NCBI GenBank assembly: GCA_964016885.1
Contig: OZ024740.1
Span: 380,060,001 to 380,124,000 of the forward strand
Length of the DNA stretch: 64,000 bases
Direction: 5' to 3'
Origin: Eledone cirrhosa
Taxonomy: Eukaryota
The position numbers were made by a program, and so were the translations under genes. Positions within the stretch are counted from its first letter, which is position 1; each line of letters begins with the position of its first letter. Below are positions 52,803-64,000 of the stretch, piece after piece. The notes under the pieces are model-generated. The model worked only from the letters and a program-made list of their open reading frames with translations. It searched no databases and was not told the DNA's origin.

Positions 52803-52805
52803 GAG

Positions 52806-52868
<63 letters not shown>

Positions 52869-52892
52869 AGTATGTGAGATTGTGTATTTATA

Positions 52893-52986
<94 letters not shown>

Positions 52987-53143
52987 ATATACATATATAT
53001 ATATAACTGTATGTAAACGAATAGACACATGAATATATACGTGTATCTATGTATATGTGTCTGCTTGTGTGTGCCTGTTTGTATGTGTGTTTGTGTGGGT
53101 GCGCGTCTCTACAAATGTAATTGTACGTGTGTGTGCGTATATA

Positions 53144-53217
<74 letters not shown>

Positions 53218-53229
53218 TAGATATATATA

Positions 53230-53517
53230 TGAGTTCGATTCCTGGTGGCGCATTGAGTCCTTGAACAAGACACTTTATTTAACGTGGCTCCAGTCCACTC
53301 AGCTGGCAAAAAATGTACCTGTAACAGGTACAAAAATGTATCTGTGACTCGAAGGGTCACCCTTGTCCCATTCTGTGTCACACTGAATCTCCCCGAGAAC
53401 TACGGCAAGGGTGGGCGTGTCTTTGGAATGCTCAGTCACTTGCGAGTTAATTTCAGGAGTAGGCTGTTCCGTTGATCAGATCAACTGGAACACTTGTCGT
53501 CGAAACCGATGGAGTGT
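53230..53517 (+). mobile_element. SINE, family B, 5'-truncated
   Basis: GAGTTCGATTCC B-box then GTCCTTGAACAAGACACTTTATTT...CCAGTCCACTCAGCTGG. Confidence 0.7.
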
Positions 53518-53818
53518 AATTTAGTTATATATATATATATATATAGAAATGGCTTCTACAGGACCAGAACTGTTTCATTTGGGAGAAATCATCAGGAATA
53601 TTTATACTCTCCTATGTATTGAGTACCTTACTTACTGTGATACCTCCGATTGAACCAGGGATAAACTTATATATATGTATAAATATGGTGTGTGTATTTT
53701 CGTTTCATAGGAATGAAAGGGTTGTAGTCTTGTAGAAGTCATTCTTACTTAAGATAAATGTGTTATTTCTTCTCTACTAATCTACTAACGTATTGACTAA
53801 CTCATGTAACTGTGATTT

Positions 53819-53896
<78 letters not shown>

Positions 53897-53900
<4 letters not shown>

Positions 53901-55111
53901 GGTGTTAAAGTTTGCTTGAAGCATTGTGAAATATGTAAAATATGTAGTTTAGAAAGCCACAACAATGCAGATGGGAAATCTCGAGGTAGGAAGTGAGTGA
54001 GAAATAGGAGAAAAATGGAAAATGAGACAAAAAGGAAAACAAAACAAAGGTAGAAGGGTTACCGTAGTGGAGATTTAATCCCAATATTTCGGGCTCACGC
54101 CCATCAACGGGGGGAAAGTTCCAAAAGGAGGGGGGAGAACAGGCTAAGCCGGAGAAAGTATTTGTATTGTCGTTAAAACATAGGAATGCCGTTATGGGGA
54201 AAATTCAAACGAGGGAAAGAATGCGCGTGCGCGTGATAGGCTGTGGCAAAAGCTACTGACCAATTGGGTTAAATCAATAGGGTGCGCTAGCGCGTGAAAG
54301 CCGTAAAATATGTGTGTGTAAATATATATGTGTGTGTAACTGTGTGTGTACATGTGTATGTATGTGAGTGTGTGTGTGTGAAAGATAGTGGGCCGTAAAA
54401 GCTGGAATTCAAAGGGTGTGAAAGGTGGTAGGTTGTATAAACATGTGTGCGTGTATAAATATAGATGTGTGTGTGTGTGTGTGTGTATGTGTATGGGTAT
54501 ACATATAAGTGCGTGTGTGTGAAAGATAGTAGGCCGTAGGGGCTGTTACTGGTCACTATGGTTAGATTAGCCATGTCAGTTCATTTCTCTCAGCCCGGTT
54601 GTTAAGTGGGGGTCTGAGGTTCTTAATAACAAGTGCTTCCTTTATCCTTAAGGATCCGATGCTGCGTTCAGTCGCTAGGACTGTGACCAAGGGTCTGCCC
54701 TGTGGGTTTCCGCATTTAAGGATGTGTTTACGGAAGGAACACATATTTTACGGCTTTCACGCGCTAGCGCACCCTATTGATTTAACCCAATTGGTCAGTA
54801 GCTTTTGCCACAGCCTATCACACGCACGCGCATTCTTTCCCTCGTTTGAAATTCCCCATAACGGCATTCCTATGTTTTAACGACAATACAACAACTTTCT
54901 TCGGCTTAGCCTGTTCCCCCCCTTTTGGAACTTCCCCCCCGTTGATCGGCGTGAGCCCGAAATATTGGGATTAAATCTCCACTACGGTAACCCTTCTACC
55001 TTTGTTTTTTTTTCCTTTTTGTCTCATTTTCCACTTTTCTCCTATTTCTCACTCACTTCCTACCTCGAGATTTCCCATCTGCATTGTTGTGGCTTTCTAA
55101 ACTACATATTT
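53897..55111 (-). mobile_element. 5'-truncated Penelope-like element with inverted pLTR
   Basis: About 370-bp inverted arms 53937-54310 / 54745-55111; spacer encodes a GIY-YIG C-terminus SLRIKEALVIKNLRPPLNNRAE (54562-54744, minus strand); flanked by (TA)n. Confidence 0.8.
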
Positions 55112-55555
55112 TATATATTTTATATATATATATATATATATATTTAATGAGAAAGATGGATGCTTTTGTTTGTCCAGTGTGTTTGGTTTGGTTTTCTTTT
55201 TGTGCTTCTGTATCTCTGTTATTCATTATTGCTATAATGCTACGCACTCCTTCGTGGATTAACAAACAATTTACTTACCAATGTGACAACTCTCTTTCTC
55301 TCTCTACCCATCTCTCTCTCTCTCTCTCACTCGCTCTCTCTCTCACTCTCTCTCTCTCTATCTATCTCCCTCTCTCTGCCAATATCGCTAATAGAAAAAC
55401 ACACACACACCTCATAATTTTCACTTTTACTTTATTGTTCGTTATTCATTTGTTTATAAAAGTTCTTTCGTCACACATTCTGTGACCTCCTCAATGATTG
55501 TCTGTTTTGTGCCTCCTCTTTTTCCTTGTCCTTTTTCAGAGCAAATACACGCACA

Positions 55556-55603
<48 letters not shown>

Positions 55604-56796
55604 TGTGTTTGTGTGTGCGCGCGTGTGTATTTGCTCTGAAAAAGGACAAGGGAAAAGAGGAGGCACAAAACATATATATATTCCTCTTCATTTTTGGCGG
55701 AAGATTATTCATTTATCCTCCTGCCTTACCATTTACACAACTTGCATGCACCGTACCCTATCCTACTTTTCTAGTTGCAAGACCTTTTATTCATATTTGA
55801 TTACGTACTCTCTTCGCGTTTCTAGTCGAAAGACACTCCGTTGTTTTTCTTGTTTTTCCAGTGGTTTGTTTAAGCCATCGTGCAACACTGACTCAATATT
55901 ATATAATTCAACCTCTAATTAAGGAAATCAAGGCACGTGGCCTAGTGATAAGGGGGGGTCGATTCCTGGGCTGGGTTGCGTATTGTGTTCTTGAGCTAAA
56001 CACTTCATTAAAGAATGATTATATAATAATCTTTAAAATTATACAGAATGTTATACACTTTGCCCTTAGGGCATCAACATATTTCAACCTCGCTCTCCCT
56101 CTTCTAGTGTCAACTCTAAATGTCGGTGAGCATGTCTAGCTAACCTCAAACCCCTCTGTATTACTTTCGAGCTGACTTTTGGGTTGCTCCCGTACAGCCC
56201 TGAGTTTTTCATCCTGATGTATACTGATTAATGTTCAGAGCCATCCTCACTATTTTGGCGTAGCACCAATCCACCATCTGAGTGAGTTTCGAAATAAGAG
56301 GATAGATGGTTAAATCGACCCCTGCACTTGACTGGTACGTAATTTTATTGAACACGGAATGATGAATAACAAAGGTGATCTAGACTGTATATCAACTCAG
56401 TGCCGGAACAAGTACCGCATAGTATTTTCGTCGACCCTCTAACGATTCTGCCAGTCCTTAACTTTCCCAAATTAATATACATAGATTTCTTGCATTGGCA
56501 CAACACCTCCAATTTAAGGAGGTATCCTATACGGGGTCGCTCTACGTGGTTAGAAACAGCAGCCAGATTTTCGTTAAATCACATGTTTAAAATATAGTAC
56601 AGAATGATCGGAGCTTAAATACCCTTGATTAGATACCCTTGATTCAATCAGAGCTGATCTGGAGTTATACAACAACAATGTCGTATTTATCAGAGTGTAA
56701 TATTGTCAAAGGGAGTCCACCCACGTATTTACCTGAATGAGAGATTAAAAACAAATTCAAACCCCATGGGGGTAGAGATACGAATTTCGATGGACC

Positions 56797-56995
56797 AATA
56801 ATTGTTTCTACTTTAGGCACAAGACCAGTAATTTGGGGGTAGGGGAAAGTCGATTAAATCGACGACACAGTATGTTACTGGTACTTTATTTTATCGACCC
56901 CGTAAGAATGACAAGCAAGGATTTGAACTCAGAACGTAAAGGGCCGTATTTCTCTTCCACGTCTGACGCTCTACCGTTACTGCCAATCAATCACC
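56797..56995 (-). mobile_element. tRNA-derived SINE, family A
   Basis: Reverse complement of the family A core (GGTACTTTATTTTATCGACCCC...GATTTGAACTC). Confidence 0.75.
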
Positions 56996-57894
56996 CTGGA
57001 TGAAGCCAAATAATGTATATCCTATATTAACAGTTTTTGTTGGTCAGTTATAAGATTTCTGTTTTTCTTTTGTACGAAGAGGATTGACTTAATTATTTCA
57101 TTTTTCTTTCTCTTCTTTATTAGTAAGTTAAAGCACCATGGTCATCAAAACTATATTTATTTTAATAAAATCTAATGCATTTAGTCCATATCGGTAGATA
57201 TGGACAACATTTTTACGTTACTTTTGTGTCATCGACACAGGAAAATGGACTGCTTGAGTCAGGTTTTAGATTAAAATGTTTTATTTTAAGTTAAGTAAAG
57301 TGAGAGAATGAAGTTATTCTACCAATCTCTTCATATTGGCAGAAGACCCTTTGTATAAGAGCTGTGTTTATGTTATTGATTCCCAAGGAAGGAAAGGCAA
57401 CGTCGACATCAACAGTATTTTACTTGAGAGTGTAATATAAAAGACGAAACTACATAATGTAAGGTATTCATTTAGTTCTATACTTTGGCATTTCTGTCAA
57501 ATCTACTACTTTTGTCGTGTAATTATATATACAAGTCAAAAAGAATGTAGAAAAATATTTCTTATGCAGCATTATATCATCAGTGATTTAGTATACAGCA
57601 TAAATGAATTTCTTCTAGTTACTCATTTAGACCAATAATCACGATGTAGATTTGACATCAAAAGAAAGTGTCCTCTTGATTAGGAAAAAATAAATTAAAC
57701 ATACAATCAAACAAAAAACCAGTAAAGAAAAAAATAATTAGACTAAGAATGAATAATCTGCTTCTCAAATATTATATTAACAAATTCTATGGTGTATTTA
57801 CAATAAAAGAAAAAAATGAATAAGTGAATAGCTATTATTATTTTTTCTTTTTTTCTTCTGGAAAATTTGTTCAAATAAACATCAAGCCGCTACC

Positions 57895-58330
57895 TGCAGC
57901 TTCAGATATTCAGGGCATATCGGAGGGTTATTGCTGTTCCCAGCAAGCATCCCTTTTGCAGTGTTTCAAAAACGGGGGCTGAACTAATGTTCTTTAGCCA
58001 TCCTTGAAAACTCTTCCAGTACCTAGTGCTCCTATGAAAATCGGGAAGACCATGATCTCATGACAGTCCCAAATCCGTTTTAATTAACACTTTAAATCTT
58101 GTATCGGTTAATTTTCTCCTTCTCCTTTTATTGCACTCTTGTGTCAAAGAGGCAGGCTAAATCCACAATCAGGCACGGTCAATTTTCCTTGTTCAAAACC
58201 AACAGGTCAGACCTATTGTGTTCTAATTTCGTGTCTGTCTGTATCCTGAAATCCCATAGCACCTTCTCTCGATCATTTTCTATCACCAACTCTGGCTTAT
58301 GCTAATACCACTTCTCAGAATGTGGTAAAT
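57895..58330 (-). pseudogene. R4/Dong-clade non-LTR retrotransposon 3' end (RLE domain)
   Basis: KWY*HKPELVIENDREKVLWDFRIQTDTKLEHNRSDLLV...IVDLAC...PIFIGALG...LQKGCLLGTA. Confidence 0.8.
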
Positions 58331-58409
58331 TTAGTTTGCATAAATGCCAGTGAATCACCTTTCCTATTATCATTATCATCATCATTATCATCATTATCAT
58401 CATTATTGA

Positions 58410-58860
58410 GTTCAAATCACAATGGGATCGACTTTGCACATCATAATTCCCAAGTAGACAAAAGAACTACCAGACACGTATTGAGGTTGATCTCTACAAT
58501 TATTCTTGTATGGTTCTGCTGTAGGTTGGTTTTGTTCGTAAAATATGTCCAGCGATTCTTTTCTAAGATATTCTAACCATATGCCGGTGATATCGGACCT
58601 GTGATCTCTTAATTCGGAGAAGTAGCGACTGTACTTGGAGCGAATCTCTGATCTCCAAGCCATGCATTTCCCCAAAGACCCTTCTGAAGAACCCTATTTC
58701 GGCTGCTTTTAACCAAGATTCAAGACCATAAGTAAATGGCTCGAAAACCGAATTTGAGATAGTGAGTTTTTTCTTCTACACTTACATCACTTCTGATTAC
58801 CAAATTCTGAATCTGGCGTCAATTCACAAGAAGTCAATTACAAAACAGATTGACGGTATG
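58410..58860 (-). pseudogene. RTE-like LINE C-terminal remnant
   Basis: TYGLESW..AAEIGFFRRVFG, RSEIR. Confidence 0.6.
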
Positions 58861-59166
58861 ACTAGAAAAATTCAAACTCTACCTTCTCCAAGCCGCCGAT
58901 GATTTTTTATCAATGAAACAGTTCTAGTCCTGTAGAAGTCATTTCTATATAATATATGTAAGTTTGTCTGTATGTATATATATATGTGGCTATGTATGTG
59001 TGTATGTGTATATGTGTGTATATGTATACATATATTCATGTGTGTGTAAGTAGAATATGATCGTAGACTAAAAAGACAAGCGATTGTCTCCTCTTTTTAA
59101 TTCTACATATACTTCTTTATAATTACATTAACAGGTGACATCTCGGGGATCAATTTCGTCAATTTG

Positions 59167-59255
<89 letters not shown>

Positions 59256-60567
59256 GCACTTACTTATATAATACGGTCCTGATTTGTAAATCTTTCCAGG
59301 ACAAATTTCTAGAACGATTAAATTTAAAAAGAAAACTACATTTCAAGGAAATTTTATAGGCCGTGTTTGTATGTGTAGCTGTTAAGGGAGATAAAATTAT
59401 GTTAACAACGGTTTAAAGTGGTTAAAATTGCAAGAAATACTTTCTTCCTTTCTCCCGCAAGGGGAAAACACTGTAAATTTCTTTTTCCTGTTCTTACTTT
59501 ACTTTGTTTTATTGTTCACGATTACTTCCATTTTTGAATACTGCAAACCGGAATTCACGCTGGTTCTCCATATGCATCGAGGTATCTGCTTCTCCTGATA
59601 AGATTATTGCTGGAGTTATTTTAAGCTATTAAAGCATTTCGCTCAGAATTAAATACACTCTATCTTTATATCAAGGATACTATATTTTAACTGTTTTACG
59701 GGAACAGATCGAGAGAAGTATATGACATGTCTTATAAAAGATACGAGTTTAACATGAGATTTCCTTCCTATTCATATAAAATAGAATATATTTCAACCAT
59801 TTATTAGGAGAACAAATAAAGCGAGGTAGGGTACAAGGGATTATTTCTTTTTCTTCATGCTACAGATATAATTCTACACATATATAGATGTTTCCCATAT
59901 TACACTTGAATGCAGCCTCAAAGAGTAGCAAGTTGAGAGAAGAGAAATGTAGAATGTTTTGCCTTGAGGACACAATATAAACGTAATTCATGCCATTTAT
60001 ACACTTTAAGCATGTTTCATCCTATTTACACCTCTCTAAGAGTTATAACGAAAACAATGATCTTACTATGTATACAGAACAACAGGAACTGTCAAACTAA
60101 AAATTTTCCTTGAAACGTAATCCTTTGACATTTTTACTTTGCAGGTTGTGGAAAGTAAATCATTATATATACAGAATTAAGAAAGGGAATCTTCTCTCTT
60201 CTCTCATTATATTTTGATAAACCGTTAAAATATACTATAAACGATATAAATAGGACGTGAATGTCATTCTGAACCTACACATACGCCAATAGTTCTCTTG
60301 TGAACTGATGGAGTAGAGAAGCCCTGATAAAGACTTGTGAGAGATTCCGTTTTGCAGCAGCTAGAAAATAGATTTAATCCTGAATAAGGCACTAAAATTA
60401 CGTATGAGTGTATATATAAATATATATATATATATTTACTTTTTTTGTGCCGTATTCAGGATTAAATTCGAATCAATATATATACATATATATATATTTA
60501 TTTATTTATATAATGGGTATAAATCGAGTGTTTAGCCACAGTATAGCAGATACGAATTATATATATT

Positions 60568-60600
<33 letters not shown>

Positions 60601-61953
60601 CTACTTCAATGCAGAGAAAATGAAATCCTGTTAAAATATTTTTTGTTTTAGTTTCTATTCAGTGAAGATCAGTATTTATTTAAACAATTTACCAAATTAT
60701 CCAAAACTATCTTTATAGTTTCAACGCAAAGATGATAAACCCAATTGGGATTTCTTGACAAATGTGATACACTTTACTGAGAAAAGGATGATGAACCGGT
60801 TTTCACCTACTACACTATATAAGTAATAAATTATGTCATCACATTGAACTATTTCATTTCACGATATATTTAAGATTGCTTTTAGGATTGTACATTTGTT
60901 GGTTTATAATAACAAGGGTAGTAAAATGAGAAAAGTACAGAAACACTAGTCCTTGTATCATTAGTATATATGTAGTGTTTAATGCAAAGAGAACATAACA
61001 TAATGACAGGGATTAGATACGAACAGTCAATTCTTTTGCTAGAAAACTGATATGCTAACGGATTTATACACTAGCTCGTTTAGTAAACACAGAGTAACAT
61101 GTCAAAATCCCCCACTCACTGTGTGTGTGTACGTTATGTGTTCGTGTGTGCATGTGTGTGCATGTGTCAGTGAGCGTGCTTGCGTGTGCATGAATGTTCT
61201 TACGTGTGTGTGCGTGCATAAGCATGCCATTATATCTACTTGTGTGTGTGTGTGTGTCTTTTCTGTTCCTGAAAAAACAGAAATTTTATGTCGGCTGAAT
61301 TCCAGAATAGTTGCCAAGTTTTATCACTTTCTGAGATCGGAATGTAATCGCTGTAAATTCTTCAACCCATATATAAATTTCTCTTTCAAGGTTTTTATCT
61401 TTCAGTATCGTAAAAGATTGTTTGTTCCGAACATACGTAAACCATTACCAATAGCGAACAAGTGTCAGAAGACAATGAATGATAAATACATTTGTAGTTA
61501 TATTAGCTTACCACAGTGATAAAAGTGTTCCACATCGTACTTTGCATAAGCTGAATGAGATGTGTAAAATTATGCAAATAATGAGATCACAGAGTCTTGG
61601 CCAAATAAATTCGGTTGAGGCAATTAAATGTTCGGAGGAACTGAATCAATAAATAGGATCGGGACATTCAGGTGAATGCTTAATATAAGGGTTTTAAGTA
61701 AATGCTGCTGTTGATATTGATCTCGTGTTGATACATCCATTTAAATAACTTTACATATCTTGTTGTTTCTATCTGTTTCTTGACTAGTACTCAATGTTAT
61801 CGATCCTGGAAAGTGAAAGACAAAGTTGACCTCTCTTTATTTTTCTGTTTATATTTACATCCATACGACTTAAAGTGTGAACACTCCGAAATGTCAAGAC
61901 ATTCATAAATACAGTTTTAATTTCTGTGTACATGTATTTATGTATGTCTCAGA

Positions 61954-62019
<66 letters not shown>

Positions 62020-62187
62020 GTGCGTTCTTTCAATCGTCAAATATCTCACTGGGATGAGCTGAACTTTTACTACCTCCGACCATCACCGCCTATTTATCGT
62101 ATATCCTCTGGCATATATTTAAGCATACCAACCTATTACATTCCCTCAGTAGAGGGAATTTTCCATTTCCCTTATAAGAGAGTTATT

Positions 62188-62281
<94 letters not shown>

Positions 62282-62779
62282 ATGTATGTATGTATATGTA
62301 TGTATGTATTTATGTATGTATGTACGTATGTATGTATGCATATATACAAATGTATGCATGCATGTTTATATCCTAACTACTCTTGACGTCAACCATATAT
62401 CACTTAGCTAAACAAGTAAATGTATTAGCTCAACAGCGGCAGATTGTGAATACGCACCGAAACATCTAGATGTTCCGTGATATAACTTGTGGTAAATATT
62501 CCCGGTATTGTGTCTGTAATATATTTAAAGTCAATTCCTCCCGTTTGTTGAATTCGTATAGACGCATAATCATAGCATTATCTTTTGAGCGTGATTAAAT
62601 ATCTCAGATAGAAGAAATAAAATTAGTAAAGGTAGGTATTGTAATGAGTTACCGCCCAACGGTTGAGCTCGTACCATTTTGACAATGAGTAGATAACTAA
62701 TGATTTCATACAAAGTAGATGTATTTTCTATATGAAATAAAGACATATATATATATATATATTTACATACACATTTTGA

Positions 62780-63930
62780 GGAGCAGTAGGTCACATAATA
62801 TACTAGATGTCTTTCACAAATGTTGTTTTCGAGCAATCTATGTTTTATACATTCGAAGACAAAATAACTAACGCTAACCTCATCATTGCGAATAAAATTG
62901 GCAGCTTTCAAACCTTTCTTATGAAATCAGAACTACGTTGGACTGGTAATGTGATCGAAATCTATATATATAAAGCTGTGGTTGTCTGTCTATCGATTTT
63001 TGGCACACATCTCCTCTTAGAATCTCTCACGGAATTGCACCGAAATTGCTATACTTGTACATTGAGCCCTAGCGAAGACATCGGAAAAAAAATATTTCAA
63101 ATTGACCCACCCTATGTGACGAAATCGAATCTAATGTATCGATTTTTGAGCGTAAGTGACGAGTTATTTCCCTTTGTTCTGTTTACATTTTCTGCGTGCA
63201 AAAATTAAAAAAATTACGCTGGCTTTCTCAGCGTTTAAAATGACATTAACACAATACACGAACAGTTGTCGAGCCAGCAAAATTTTGACCTGCAAAATTC
63301 ATCAGTTCGAACACTAAACTTCCGTTTTGCTTCATTTCCATTTAAAAGCCTTTTAAAACAATATTTTTACTTGAAAACAAGTCTATTTAAAGACTACGTA
63401 AAACAAGCAAATATTTCGTAAAAAAAAAAGCAAAAATTATATAAGTTTATTTAAAATATATGTATCTGTAAATTTCGTTAGGCGTGCAGACAGACAGTCG
63501 TGCAGACAGACTTTAAGCCAAAAAAGAAACTTAACATTGTAACTTTAACACAGCTACTGAGCGACCCCGAGCAACGCCGGGCTTTACTGCTAGTGAATGA
63601 TAAAATAATACCAAAAGTCATCATGATAGTGGATATGGAAATATCTGACGGCCATAGCTCATATACACAGATAAGCTGAAGAGTAATCTTTCAGCAACCA
63701 ATATAACTTATGAAACATTTGAGCAAGTGGCATTGGAACGGAAGGACGTGAGATCTGTATGTCATAATGGCATCAGAAACTTCGAGCCCGGTTGTATCCA
63801 TAGGCTACAAGAAGCAGAAAGAAGAGACAAGCATTATCAAATATGCGAGGAATATTGTCCAGTAAACCTCATCCTTGCACAACTTGCTTGCAAATACTTG
63901 GCAGATCTAAAATATCATACCCGACATAAA
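62780..63930 (+). pseudogene. RTE-like LINE C-terminal remnant split by a Helitron
   Basis: KSELRWTGNVIE|MNDKIIPK restored after removing the Helitron; later ALERKDVRSVCHNGIRNFE. Confidence 0.65.
62961..63593 (+). mobile_element. Non-autonomous Helitron
   Basis: A|TCTATATATATAAAG start; CCCGAGCAACGCCGGG hairpin at 63566-63581; CTAG|T end; no TSD. Confidence 0.88.
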
Positions 63931-64000
63931 CATCCAAACTGAATGGACTGGATAGTTAGTTCGGATCCTCATACGTCGAAACCGCCGGTAGATTCCACCA

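Overview
AT-rich, microsatellite-laden eukaryotic intergenic DNA. The SINE families and dense (TA)n/(CA)n tracts suggest a cephalopod such as Octopus (inference). No host protein-coding gene can be supported. The window is a nested pile of mobile elements: a full-length, frameshifted CsRn1-clade Ty3/Gypsy LTR retrotransposon (391-6017), a decayed autonomous Helitron (about 24750-30563), several non-autonomous Helitrons, remnants of CRE, R4/Dong, RTE and Jockey-like LINEs, hAT and Tc1 transposases, a Polinton-type DNA polymerase, and tRNA-derived SINEs. The most striking signal is non-coding. Two near-homogeneous tandem arrays (about 16 x 310 bp at 32091-37110 and 2.2 x 483 bp at 19481-20569) carry a complete type I hammerhead ribozyme fold in each full monomer. 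Each array has an inverted segment at the 5' side of the ribozyme-sense strand and sits in (TA)n, consistent with Penelope-mobilised retrozyme-like elements. Further hammerhead-bearing Penelope-like fragments with the same architecture occur across the window, three with an apparent U3-A8 compensatory core variant. All motifs were read by eye and no searches were run.
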